From Bacteroidota bacterium (GTDB taxonomy: Bacteria > Bacteroidota > Bacteroidia > Bacteroidales > UBA10428): a stretch of DNA of 64,000 nucleotides. Positions 37,913 to 47,796 of this stretch are shown here, piece after piece. A program made the position numbers and the translations under genes. The first letter of the stretch is position 1; each line of letters begins with the position of its first letter. The DNA lies in NCBI GenBank assembly GCA_003252385.1, contig QKEH01000008.1:7967-71966 (forward strand), given 5' to 3'. The notes under the pieces were generated by a model. That model saw nothing but the letters and a program-made list of their open reading frames with translations. It was not told the origin of the DNA and did not search any database.

Positions 37913-40514
37913 ATGCGACACATTATACTGCTTGCCGGCTTATGGCTTTCCCTCATAAATACGGCACAGTCAGCCGATGGCGAAATATGGAAATACGTTA
38001 AAACGGCCTCCCCGGCAACCATAAGCCAGATGCTGTCCGACTCGCTGGGCAACACGTATGTTTTGGGTTCGTTCAACTCGCCGGATTTTACCGTGGATGA
38101 AGTCACGGTTCCCGGATCCTCCACCGGCGATTCATACAGCACCTTTATCATGAAACGATCCTCCACAGGCAGGTTGATATGGCTTTACTCGGTGTATTGC
38201 CCTGTTGAATTTGGAGGGGAAGTATATCCGAATCGAATAGCTATAAACGAAAATGGTGAACTGGTTGCCAATATTTCCGCAAATGGCTCCCAACTCATTC
38301 GCATAGGCGACCAAGTCATCACTGTGGAAACTTCACAGAACAGCCCGCTCCTTATTAAATTCAGCAAAACCGGAAGGTTGGAGTGGTATTACAGTCTCCG
38401 CAGCCAAAACAGCGATTCCTCATACGCCAGCATGCAACTCTCGGATATGGTATTAGATGAAACCGGTAATTGTTATTTTTCCGGGTATTACCAAGGTGAC
38501 CGGGCCATAATTTCGAGCAGTACGGGCGCTGCAGGCGCTGAGATTGCCGGACTTCGTTCCTACGACCTGAGTTATTTGGGCCGTGTTGACGCAACTGGAG
38601 AACTGGGTTGGTTCCGAACCCTTGCTGACCGGTACGATTCGGGAAACGGATCGATGCAAACTGAAAACATACGATTTAGTCCCGACAACAGTTTGTACAT
38701 TACCGGACACTACGCTGGCAGTCGGGTATACATTGTGGGTAACGACAGCCTCGCCCCAATGTATGGCGATGAAGCGTTTCTGGCACGATTCCATACCAAC
38801 GGCGCACCAGACTGGGCCATGCGCATTGCCCGGCGATGCATCGGAATACCTTATGGATCTAAAAACGTTTCCCGATCAAGGCGTGCTGATTACTTTTGCC
38901 ACCAATGGATACTATTTGTACTATGACGATTTGGCGTATAGCAATTTTATAATGGGATATTACCAGCTACACCTGGCCCGTATAGCATCGGACAAACGGG
39001 TAGAAGCACACACACGGATTGCAACCGACTTATCGGTAAGTCAGCTAAATACCAAACTCATTACCTCCCAGGCCTGCCCCGATGGAAAAGTATACCTGAG
39101 CGCCCCATTTACCGGCTCCAGTATTTTTGATGCCCCTAACACCCTCACCAATGCCGATGCCGGCACCACCGACCTGTTGCTTGCCCAACTCGACCCGGCC
39201 ACCCTCGATCCGCTTTGGTCCCAATCGGCCAAAGGTATTGATGACGTTGAAGCAGAACAGGTTAATATTGATAAAAAAGGAAATATTTTCATTGGAGGAA
39301 CTACCTATACTGATCTGGAACTTGCCGCTGAGCCAATTACCAGCCCAACCCTAAATGGTACTATGTACTGTGCCCGGATTACTCCGGAAGGCAACCTGGG
39401 CTATGCCTACTGGCACGAAAATCTCACCAATGCCGTATTATATGCCCAAAGCATTGGCAGCGATGCCTATGGAAATTGTTTTCTGGCTGGCAGCTTTACC
39501 GGAAATGAAGCCCTTCTGGACGACCTGCCCGTAACCCGATCCGAAAGTCGAGGTTTGTTCTTTGGCAAATATGCCCGCTCGCGTACTATCAATGGAGAGG
39601 TTCAACTTGAAAATGGATCCGCATTTCAGGATGGCTATGTAAAAATTTACGGGTATACCTACTACCAGCAGTCTCCCCTAAACGATTCTGTTCCACTTAA
39701 TACCGGCGGCAGCTTCACCTTTGTGGACATTCCCAACGGTAATTACCTCATTGTTGTAATACCTACGGGTGAGGCGGCAACCCAGTTGATCAACACGTAT
39801 TATCCCTCGGCCGAATATTGGGAATTTGCCTCCCGAATTCGTATTACCCCAGGAGTAGAACCTGCGCCAATACAAATAATCATGCGGGCACCCACCCCGC
39901 TGATTGGCGGCACTGAACTCAACGGTAATTTCAGCGAAAAAGAATATGACACCGCCTTGGCGAGCAAACGCTTGGAGAAAGCCAAGCCAGAAACCGAGGC
40001 TACAGTGGTAATTGCAGGCAACCGTCGCTACGAAAAAACCAGCTACCAAATTGTGGCTACCACCACTACCGATCAAAACGGCGACTTTGCCTTTTACAAT
40101 ATCGAAAACGGCACCTACAACCTGTGGATCGACTATCCGGGACTGCCTTGCGAGCCTATCTATGTAATTGCCGTGAACAATAACCAAATCATTTCCAATA
40201 TCAACTATCTTTCCACAGAGGAAATTATTGAGCCCGAAGGACTGGTTAACTATAACAGTTTGCTCAACAACACCCCTGCTTCGGGTATTCGGCTTTTCCC
40301 CAATCCGGCATCGGAGTATATTATTCTGGATATTGAAAATTTCAACCAGGGAGTAGCCGACATTTACAACAGTTCCGGAAAACATATTGCACATTACACA
40401 CTGGAGCAGGCACAGCAGATGCTGCCGGTTAACAATCTAAAAAGTGGTCAATACTTTGTTCGTATTCGCACCGAGGATAAGTTGGTTTTTGAAACTTTCA
40501 TCCGTACCGAGTAA
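37913..40514 (+). pseudogene. secreted SBBP-type beta-propeller repeat protein with CarboxypepD_reg-like domains and a T9SS C-terminal domain; one frame shift near 38829-38831
   Basis: Signal peptide MRHIILLAGLWLSLINTAQS. Repeats GNTYVLGSF, GNCYFSGYY, SLYITGHYAG, GNIFIGGTT and GNCFLAGSF. CTD LFPNPASEYIILDI...GQYFVRIRTEDKLVFETFIRTE. ORFs 37913..38926 and 38583..40514 join to ...DWAMRIA|GDASEYLMDLK... if one C of the CCC run at 38829-38831 is removed. Confidence 0.7.
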
Positions 40515-40932
40515 TACTGAGGTACCATTTACTACGGAATGACCAGAAACTGGTGAATTCCCAAGTTATCTGATTCCCCGCGAAACCAAACACTTCCTGA
40601 GGAAACAGAACCATTTAGAACCTGTTCTTGGAATCACTCTTCTATACCTACCCGGGCAGAATGCAATCGGTCCGACCTGGAATTCTGATTAATTACCAAT
40701 CTCTCCCCCTGTTTTTCCGGGTAATTTTCAGTAACTTATAGTTCCATTATTCATTACACGCCAACATCGGGTTAAACATTAAGTTAACCACGTTGTTATT
40801 TTGATACATCTGGCTAAAACACCCCCCTAAAGGGTTCCGCGATGTACCAATTAATTAAAATGTATTAAGAATGGTTTATAAGGAAAGTTAAGAAGGCAAC
40901 TCCCTGAAATAACCAAAAAACAATTCTCTTAC

Positions 40933-42234
40933 ATGGCAACATTTAATATAATCATGCCCAAACTGGGCGAAAGTGTGCAGGAAGCAACCATCACCAAATG
41001 GTTTAAAAAAGTTGGCGATTCCGTTGAGGAAGAAGAAGTACTCTTCGAAATTGCCACCGATAAGGTTGACTCTGAAATACCCTCTCCGGTTGATGGTATC
41101 ATCGTGAAGATATTGCACCATGAGGATGAGTTGGTACCAGTTGGCGAAATCATAGCTGTGATCGATTTAAATGGCGATGCCTCGGCAGTTGCTGAACATC
41201 AGGAAACCCTTGAACCATCCAGTTCTCCAACTCCGGCGAAGTCTACCGATACCGGCACCCGGGAGGATGCCAAACCCAACGATCTGTCCGGTTCCGATAA
41301 GTTCTTTTCGCCACTGGTTAAAAATATTGCCCAACATGAAGGGATATCACGTACCGAACTGGAAGCCATTGCAGGCAGCGGACATAACGGACGGGTAAAA
41401 AAAGAAGATCTGTTGAGCTATCTAAGCAACCGTGCAGTATCAACCACTACGCCTTCAATTAAGACGGCTATGGCTGCTCCCCCAACCAGCGCCCCCAAAG
41501 TTCAGGTACCCGTACTGGCTGGCGAAGGTGATGAAATTGTTAAAATGGATCGCATGCGCAAATTAATTGCCGACAACATGCTGCTTTCCAAACAAATATC
41601 ACCCCATGTAACCAATTTTATCGAAGCCGACGTTACGCATTTGGTTTTGTGGCGCGACAAGGTGAAAGAGCAATTTGCACAACGCGAGAAACAAAAACTC
41701 ACCTACATGCCGGTGTTTATTGAAGCAGTCGCCCGTGCATTAAAAGCATTTCCAGGGATCAATGCCTCCGTCGATGGCGACAGCATCATTCTGCGAAAGA
41801 ACATCCATATTGGTATTGCTGTTTCATTGCCTTCCGGAAACCTGATTGTGCCAGTAATTAAACAGGCCGACCAAAAATCGCTTTTAGGACTCACCAACGA
41901 TTTGAATAAACTGGCTCATTTAGCCCGCACCAACAAACTCAGCCCCGATGACATACAGGGTGGAACCTTTACCATTTCCAACTTTGGGTCGTTTGGTAAC
42001 CTTACGGGCACACCTATAATTAATCAGCCTCAGGTAGCTATACTGGCCACCGGCACAATTGAGAAAAAACCGGCCGTACTCGAAACTCCAACCGGCGATG
42101 TAATTGCGATACGGCACAAAATAATGCTGGCCCTCACCTACGATCATCGCATAGTAGATGGTGCCCTGGCGGGTGGTTTCCTGCGTAACATTGCCGATTA
42201 TCTTGAAAACTACGATGTAAACCGAAGTATTTAA
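40933..42234 (+). CDS. dihydrolipoamide acyltransferase (E2) of a 2-oxoacid dehydrogenase complex
   Basis: Lipoyl domain with EIATDKV, an Ala/Pro/Ser linker, a peripheral-subunit-binding domain (SPLVKNIAQHEGI...GSGHNGRVKKEDL) and a catalytic DHRIVDG motif. Confidence 0.9.
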   Translation: MATFNIIMPKLGESVQEATITKWFKKVGDSVEEEEVLFEIATDKVDSEIPSPVDGIIVKILHHEDELVPVGEIIAVIDLNGDASAVAEHQETLEPSSSPTPAKSTDTGTREDAKPNDLSGSDKFFSPLVKNIAQHEGISRTELEAIAGSGHNGRVKKEDLLSYLSNRAVSTTTPSIKTAMAAPPTSAPKVQVPVLAGEGDEIVKMDRMRKLIADNMLLSKQISPHVTNFIEADVTHLVLWRDKVKEQFAQREKQKLTYMPVFIEAVARALKAFPGINASVDGDSIILRKNIHIGIAVSLPSGNLIVPVIKQADQKSLLGLTNDLNKLAHLARTNKLSPDDIQGGTFTISNFGSFGNLTGTPIINQPQVAILATGTIEKKPAVLETPTGDVIAIRHKIMLALTYDHRIVDGALAGGFLRNIADYLENYDVNRSI

Positions 42235-42255
42235 ACTTCACAATCCGGAAAAAAT

Positions 42256-44313
42256 ATGGCATTCACAGATCTACCCATAGCAAAAATTCATTCCATAAAA
42301 ACCACCGATAAAGAGACCCTTAGAAAATGGTTCCATTTGTTGGTATTAGGACGCCTGCTTGACGACCGGGCCCCCAACTACCTAAAACAAGCCATTGGCT
42401 GGTCGTACCATGCCCCCTATGCCGGACACGATGGTATTCAACTGGCTATAGGACAGATTTTCGACAGGAATACCGACCACCTCTTTCCCTACTATCGCGA
42501 CATGATGACCTCATTATCTGCAGGTTTGAGCGCCGAAGAAATTATTTTTAATGGCATATCCAAAGATACCGATGTAGCCGGTGGCGGGCGACACATGTCC
42601 AACCACTTTGCCAAGCCGGAATGGAATGTGCACAACGTTTCGTCCTGTACGGGAAATCATACGCTGCATGCCACCGGAGTGGGACGTGCCCTAAAAAAGT
42701 ACCACCACAAAGGGGTTGCAATCAGCTCACAAGGCGAAAGCTCGGTTTCGGAAGGTTATGTTTACGAAGCCATCAACGGCGCCTCGAATGAGCAACTCCC
42801 TGTTATTTTTGTATTTCAGGATAACGGATACGGGATATCGGTACCTAAAAAAGATCAGACGGCCAACCGAAAGGTAGCCAATAACTTTTCCGGATTTAAG
42901 AACCTCCGGATCATTCATTGCAATGGCAAAGACGTGTTCGACTCGATGAATGCCATGCTCGAAGCCAAAAAATGGGCCGTGGAAAATCAAAAACCCGTAA
43001 TTGTACAGGCCAACTGTGTGCGCATCCATTCGCATTCAAATTCCGACCGGCACGAGCTCTATCGCGACGATTACGAGTTGAACTATGTAAACGAGTACGA
43101 TCCGCTGGCTAAATACCGCCGTATGTTATTGCGCTACCATCGTTTTGCGGAAGATGAACTAACTGCCATTGAAAGCCAGGCCAAAGCCGAAGTAAAAGCA
43201 GCTCATAAGGCTGCCATGGATGCACCGGACCCCAATCCGGAATCCATTCACGACTTTGTAATTGCGCCGGCTTATGTTTCAACGAAATACCCCGAGGGCA
43301 TTCATAACCACCAGGGCCCTGCAAAAAAACTCATTGAAGGTATCAACGAAACCCTAAAAGCTGAATTCCGTCACAACCCCGACACTTTTATATGGGGGCA
43401 GGATATTGCCAATAAGGAGAAAGGAGGCATTTTCAATGTAAGTAAAGGCATGCAACAGGAATTCGGTGTCGAACGCGTTTTTAATGCCCCCATTGCCGAA
43501 GATTTTATAATGGGTACTGCCAATGGTATGGCTCGATTTAATAAAAACATTCGCGTGGTAGTGGAAGGTGCCGAATTTGCCGATTATTTCTGGCCTGCCA
43601 TGGAACAATTTGTAGAAACCACCCACGAATACTGGCGCAGCAAAGGCCAATATTCGCCGAACATTACCGTACGATTGGCATCAGGAGGTTATATCGGAGG
43701 CGGTTTGTACCATTCCCAATCTATCGAAGGTGCCCTGACCACGTTCCCCGGCACCCGGGTGGTTTACCCCTCGTATGCCGATGATGCTGCCGGGCTTTTG
43801 CGCACCGCAATGCGTTCCGAAGGCATGACCGTATTTATGGAACCCAAGGCATTGTACAATGCTCCGGTTGCAGCCACACCCATCCCCGACGATTTTGAAG
43901 TGCCTTTCGGCAAGGCCCGGATACGACGCCCGGGTTCCGATATTTCCGTTTTTACCTATGGGAATACCACCCACATGGTGGAAGAGGTTGCTGCCCGCTT
44001 AGCCGATGAACTAGGTGCTCAAATTGAAGTGGTCGATTTACGTTCCCTACTGCCACTGGATGAGGAAACCATTTTGAATTCGGTAAAAAAAACCGGTAAA
44101 GCCTTGATTGTGCACGAGGACAAAGTGTTTGCCGGCTTTGGAGGCGAGGTCGCTGCCCTTATCACCGAAAAAGCTTTTGAATACCTAGACGGTCCCGTTC
44201 GACGGGTTGGCTCAACCTTCACCCCGGTTGGGTTTAACCGTATTCTCGAAAAAGCCATTTTACCCAACACCGAGAAGATACAAGACGCATTAAAAGCCTT
44301 ACTGAACTACTAA
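42256..44313 (+). CDS. fused E1 alpha/beta subunit of a 2-oxoacid (branched-chain type) dehydrogenase
   Basis: A 685 aa single polypeptide. The N-half has the ThDP-binding alpha fold (GEG..SEG..YEA.N....LPVIFV..NN-like, here QGESSVSEGYVYEAINGASNEQLPVIFVFQDNGYGIS). The C-half has the transketolase-like beta fold (RVFNAPIAE). Confidence 0.85.
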   Translation: MAFTDLPIAKIHSIKTTDKETLRKWFHLLVLGRLLDDRAPNYLKQAIGWSYHAPYAGHDGIQLAIGQIFDRNTDHLFPYYRDMMTSLSAGLSAEEIIFNGISKDTDVAGGGRHMSNHFAKPEWNVHNVSSCTGNHTLHATGVGRALKKYHHKGVAISSQGESSVSEGYVYEAINGASNEQLPVIFVFQDNGYGISVPKKDQTANRKVANNFSGFKNLRIIHCNGKDVFDSMNAMLEAKKWAVENQKPVIVQANCVRIHSHSNSDRHELYRDDYELNYVNEYDPLAKYRRMLLRYHRFAEDELTAIESQAKAEVKAAHKAAMDAPDPNPESIHDFVIAPAYVSTKYPEGIHNHQGPAKKLIEGINETLKAEFRHNPDTFIWGQDIANKEKGGIFNVSKGMQQEFGVERVFNAPIAEDFIMGTANGMARFNKNIRVVVEGAEFADYFWPAMEQFVETTHEYWRSKGQYSPNITVRLASGGYIGGGLYHSQSIEGALTTFPGTRVVYPSYADDAAGLLRTAMRSEGMTVFMEPKALYNAPVAATPIPDDFEVPFGKARIRRPGSDISVFTYGNTTHMVEEVAARLADELGAQIEVVDLRSLLPLDEETILNSVKKTGKALIVHEDKVFAGFGGEVAALITEKAFEYLDGPVRRVGSTFTPVGFNRILEKAILPNTEKIQDALKALLNY

Positions 44314-44424
44314 GCCACTTTTACTATAAAACACCCTTAAAGACAACAATAATATTTGTATCCATTTTGATACCAACTTGTTATATAAGGGTATTTCTAC
44401 AGATCTTCAAAAAATGTAACACGG

Positions 44425-44928
44425 ATGAAAATAGGTTTATTTTATAGTTTCCACGCAAAAAAAACAGCACAAACTGCCAAGCGAATTCAGGAACACTTCA
44501 GTTCCGAAGAACTGGAGCCCGTCAATGCCGAAACGGTTACACCGGAACAGTTTATGTCTTTTAATGCGCTGATTTTGGGTGTCCCCACCTGGTTCGATGG
44601 CGAACTCCCCAATTATTGGGATGAATTTGTACCAGCACTCGAAGATTTGAACTTAACGGGCAAAAAAGTAGCCATTTACGGTGCCGGTGACCAGAAAGGT
44701 TATCCCGAAAATTTTGTGGATGGACTGGGCATTATGGCTCAACTTATTGAACAGCAAGGAGGAACATTGGTCGGATTCACCTCCTGTGAAGGCTATACCT
44801 ACGAAAGTTCCAAGGCCGAGCGAGGCCATCAGTTTTGCGGATTAGCCCTCGATTACGAAAACCAGGCATCGAAAAACAAGCAACGGATTGCTGATTGGTG
44901 CGATCAGCTACGTTCTGAATTTAAGTAA
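44425..44928 (+). CDS. fldA: long-chain flavodoxin
   Basis: Carries MKIGLFYSF..KKTAQTA, LGVPTW..GELP and GLALD.ENQ...RI..W, which is the FldA pattern, in a 167 aa protein. Confidence 0.85.
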   Translation: MKIGLFYSFHAKKTAQTAKRIQEHFSSEELEPVNAETVTPEQFMSFNALILGVPTWFDGELPNYWDEFVPALEDLNLTGKKVAIYGAGDQKGYPENFVDGLGIMAQLIEQQGGTLVGFTSCEGYTYESSKAERGHQFCGLALDYENQASKNKQRIADWCDQLRSEFK

Positions 44929-45187
44929 ACACGCTGAATCTTATCTCCCAACATAATTAGCAGAAACCGGATGACGCTAGTTTTATAGATCTACCTTTGA
45001 AATGATCACTGAGCTGCATGCCGAGTATTCAGGTAGATTTTTCAGGATTCACCTCCTACATGCCAATCTGCACTTGCCCAAAACAGGGATTAAAACTCAA
45101 ATTGAAGCATAAGCATTATGATAAAAATCACCATACCACACGAACGGATATCACATTGTTTTTCTGGACAATATCCCAATTAACACC

Positions 45188-45195
45188 TATCTTTG
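45188..45195 (+). promoter_or_regulatory. TATCTTTG -7 box upstream of repeat copy 1
   Basis: An exact TAnnTTTG match 54 nt upstream of the conserved element. Confidence 0.35.
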
Positions 45196-45244
45196 ATTAT
45201 AGATAGAAAGTTTAAGTTGATTATAAATTTTTAGGGTTAATTTT

Positions 45245-45323
45245 TTTTCAGCTGTAGGTTAATATTTGATAGGGTTTATTAGTTTTAGGTGAGAAAAGGT
45301 CTTCGTGAGAAGGCCTTTTTTTT
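45245..45323 (+). repeat. copy 1 of a 75-79 nt element ending in an intrinsic terminator (candidate sRNA)
   Basis: ttttCAGCTGTAGGTTAATATTTGATAGGGTTTATTAGTTTTAGGTGAGAAAAGGTCTTCgtgaGAAGGCCTTTTTTTT. It has a 9-bp stem at 45296-45317 with a G-U pair, followed by T8. Confidence 0.9.
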
Positions 45324-45670
45324 ACCTTCTTGCCTGAGTTGTATAAGAGCTATCTGTTCCTAACCAGGAAATGCTGAAGCCAATCAGTTGGCAACATGGC
45401 AGCTCCTTCTTGCCAAGCCAACAGATGATGCAATTACGATCTCCTCCGATATTCAAAAAACTCCTCGACCAAAGAGCAAACCAAAGCAAAAAGGAAAGAA
45501 AAAGAAAGTGATGCTAAAAGAATCAGCAACAACCGTTCCTTACAGCATGCAGACTCCCAAAGAGTTGCCATCATACAATCCCGTAATACCGAATGGGTTA
45601 ATGACAGAAATCACCTGATTAGAGCAGTTGATGTCATAGTGTTTTTATGGACAAACGCGAATGAGCATCG

Positions 45671-45678
45671 TATATTTG
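45671..45678 (+). promoter_or_regulatory. TATATTTG -7 box upstream of repeat copy 2
   Basis: An exact TAnnTTTG match 39 nt upstream of the conserved element. Confidence 0.35.
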
Positions 45679-45712
45679 TATAAAGCAATTTACTAAAAGA
45701 ATGAATTAAAAA

Positions 45713-45791
45713 TTTTCAGCTGTAGGTTAATATTTGATAGGGTTTATTAGTTTTAGGTGAGAAAAGGTCTTCGTATGAAGGCCTTTTTTTT
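45713..45791 (+). repeat. copy 2 of the same element (candidate sRNA or 5' leader of the M1 peptidase gene)
   Basis: Identical to copy 1 except for two adjacent bases in the terminator loop (gtga versus gtat). It is offset exactly 468 nt and lies 43 nt upstream of the peptidase ATG. Confidence 0.9.
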
Positions 45792-45833
45792 ATTCGTATT
45801 GTTTCCCTAACTTACAGACAGCAATTGTGCTCC

Positions 45834-47747
45834 ATGGCTCGACTTCATGTCTTTATGCAAACCAGCGGTGTTATCCGTAAATGGAACCTGCTATTAGTAC
45901 TCTGCCCTGCGCTTGTTTGGGGGCAGCAACATATCCCATTAAAATCGCAGTTGGAAGCCTACGATATTCATTATTACCATTTCGACCTAAATATCAGTAA
46001 TGCCAATTCGGAGATTGCCGGATTTGTTCATCTGGAAGCTACCCTAAAAAACACTTCTACTGACTCCATTACATTGGAATTGACGCAACATGCCCAACTG
46101 GACAGTGTAATTTGCAATGGGAACCGTGTGACGTACAAACACACCAACGATTTGATTCGCCTTCCCCTGGAAGCCTGCCAGGGCATGAATCAACCATTAT
46201 CCATAACGGTATATTATAGCATCAGCCGATACCACACACCTTATAACCGGGGGATCACTTCCAGCACCCTAGCCAATGGACGGCGCATTACCTGGTCACT
46301 GTCGGAGCCCCGGTACGCCAAAGACTGGTTCCCATGCAAACAAGTCCTTGAAGATAAAATAGACTCTGCCACATTGTACTTTACCGTTCCCGATACACTT
46401 ATGGTGGGCTCCAATGGTATTCTTACCGGAATTACCCCAATGGAATGCTCACGGAAACGTTTCGAGTGGAAAACCTCCTATCCCACCGCTTACTATTTGT
46501 TTTCATTTGCCACAGGCAACTACATGGATTACAGTTTTGATGTTCGCAATGACGACAGCGGACAGATTCATGTTCAGAATTTTATTTACAACGATAGTAT
46601 TTTTTTCAAAGAAAATAAACGGCAAATAGATACCACCGCAGCCCTGCTTCGGATTTATACCAAACTTTTTGGCCCGTACCCATTTGCAGCTGAAAAGTAT
46701 GGACATTGTATGGCTCCCATTGGCGGGGGTATGGAACACCAAACCATGACTACCCTGGGCAGTTTCAATATCGAACTTGTTGCACATGAACTGGCTCACC
46801 AGTGGTTTGGAAACAGTGTAACCTGCTCCGACTGGCAGAACATTTGGATTAATGAAGGGTTTGCTTCCTATGCCGAATATCTGGCATTCGAAGAATTGGG
46901 TGTCGATGAAAAAGCCCGCACCTGGCTGTCGAATGCACATGCACTGGTTAGCTCCATGCCATCGGGGTCGGTCTATGTTCCCGCCCAGGAACTGGACGAC
47001 GATCAACGGATCTTCAACTACCGGCTTAGCTATCAAAAAGGGGCGCTGTTACTGCATATGATCCGACACGATCTGGGAAATGATTCATTGTTCTTCGACC
47101 TGATTAAAGATTACGTAAAGCAACACACGTATGGCAATGCAGATGGCTCTGCATTCAGAGAAATTCTCGAAGCAAAGAGCGGGAGAGATTACGCTTCTTT
47201 TTTTAATTCGTGGTACTATGGTGAAGGTTTCCCCATTTTGGACATTGAATGGGTTCAAAAAAGCGATTCCGTTGGGATACGGATACAACAGGAATCCTCA
47301 CTCAGTAAAAGCAGCGTAACCTATCCGATTTTATTAGATCTAAAACTTGAATTTCTATCAGGTGATACACTGCTTCAAGTGCCCATCAATCGAAAAGAAA
47401 CCAGTATGGATCTGTTCGTTTCCAAAAAACTGATGCGATTGACTCCGGATCCTTACATGCGCACCATTAGCCAAATACGATCGGTAACCCATCTCAACGA
47501 ATCCAACAGCAGTAAGGCATTCCAGGTTTTTCCGAATCCGGCTGCCAACCAGGTGTATATTCAAAATTACATCCCCGACCGGCCCTTTGAAGTGCAGCTC
47601 CTGGATCAATCCGGTAACCGGCTGGCCCGGCAAACCAACTGCGTCACCTACACGTCGTTTCCGCTATCACATCTATGTGCCGGAATCTATCGATTGGTTA
47701 CCTCCCAAGGTAATGCACAAGAAGTTTTTACCTTAATCAAGCTCTGA
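45834..47747 (+). CDS. M1-family zinc aminopeptidase with a T9SS C-terminal domain
   Basis: Carries GGMEHQT, HELAHQWFGN (HExxH) and WINEGFASY (the E ligand). The C-terminal VFPNPAANQVYIQN...GIYRLVTSQGNAQEVFTLIKL is a T9SS CTD. Confidence 0.88.
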   Translation: MARLHVFMQTSGVIRKWNLLLVLCPALVWGQQHIPLKSQLEAYDIHYYHFDLNISNANSEIAGFVHLEATLKNTSTDSITLELTQHAQLDSVICNGNRVTYKHTNDLIRLPLEACQGMNQPLSITVYYSISRYHTPYNRGITSSTLANGRRITWSLSEPRYAKDWFPCKQVLEDKIDSATLYFTVPDTLMVGSNGILTGITPMECSRKRFEWKTSYPTAYYLFSFATGNYMDYSFDVRNDDSGQIHVQNFIYNDSIFFKENKRQIDTTAALLRIYTKLFGPYPFAAEKYGHCMAPIGGGMEHQTMTTLGSFNIELVAHELAHQWFGNSVTCSDWQNIWINEGFASYAEYLAFEELGVDEKARTWLSNAHALVSSMPSGSVYVPAQELDDDQRIFNYRLSYQKGALLLHMIRHDLGNDSLFFDLIKDYVKQHTYGNADGSAFREILEAKSGRDYASFFNSWYYGEGFPILDIEWVQKSDSVGIRIQQESSLSKSSVTYPILLDLKLEFLSGDTLLQVPINRKETSMDLFVSKKLMRLTPDPYMRTISQIRSVTHLNESNSSKAFQVFPNPAANQVYIQNYIPDRPFEVQLLDQSGNRLARQTNCVTYTSFPLSHLCAGIYRLVTSQGNAQEVFTLIKL

Positions 47748-47796
47748 GGTTTTAATAATACATATTATTTTTGCTTCTTTGCTCTCCCAATTGGAA

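Noticed and set aside
39678-40394. A 238-aa minus-strand ORF inside the SBBP/T9SS gene
   Set aside because: It is antisense to a frame that ends in a canonical T9SS CTD, and it has no motifs.
44989-45042. An inverted repeat ATCTACCT...AGGTAGAT plus T-run after the flavodoxin gene, considered as a terminator
   Set aside because: The arms are only 8 bp with a 34-nt loop, which is too weak to call. It may still contribute to termination.
45388-45618. A 76-aa Lys-rich plus-strand ORF between the two repeat copies
   Set aside because: It starts at a TTG, and the first ATG is at codon 42. The low-complexity KPKQKGKKKK composition is typical of a translated A-rich spacer, and there is no supporting context.
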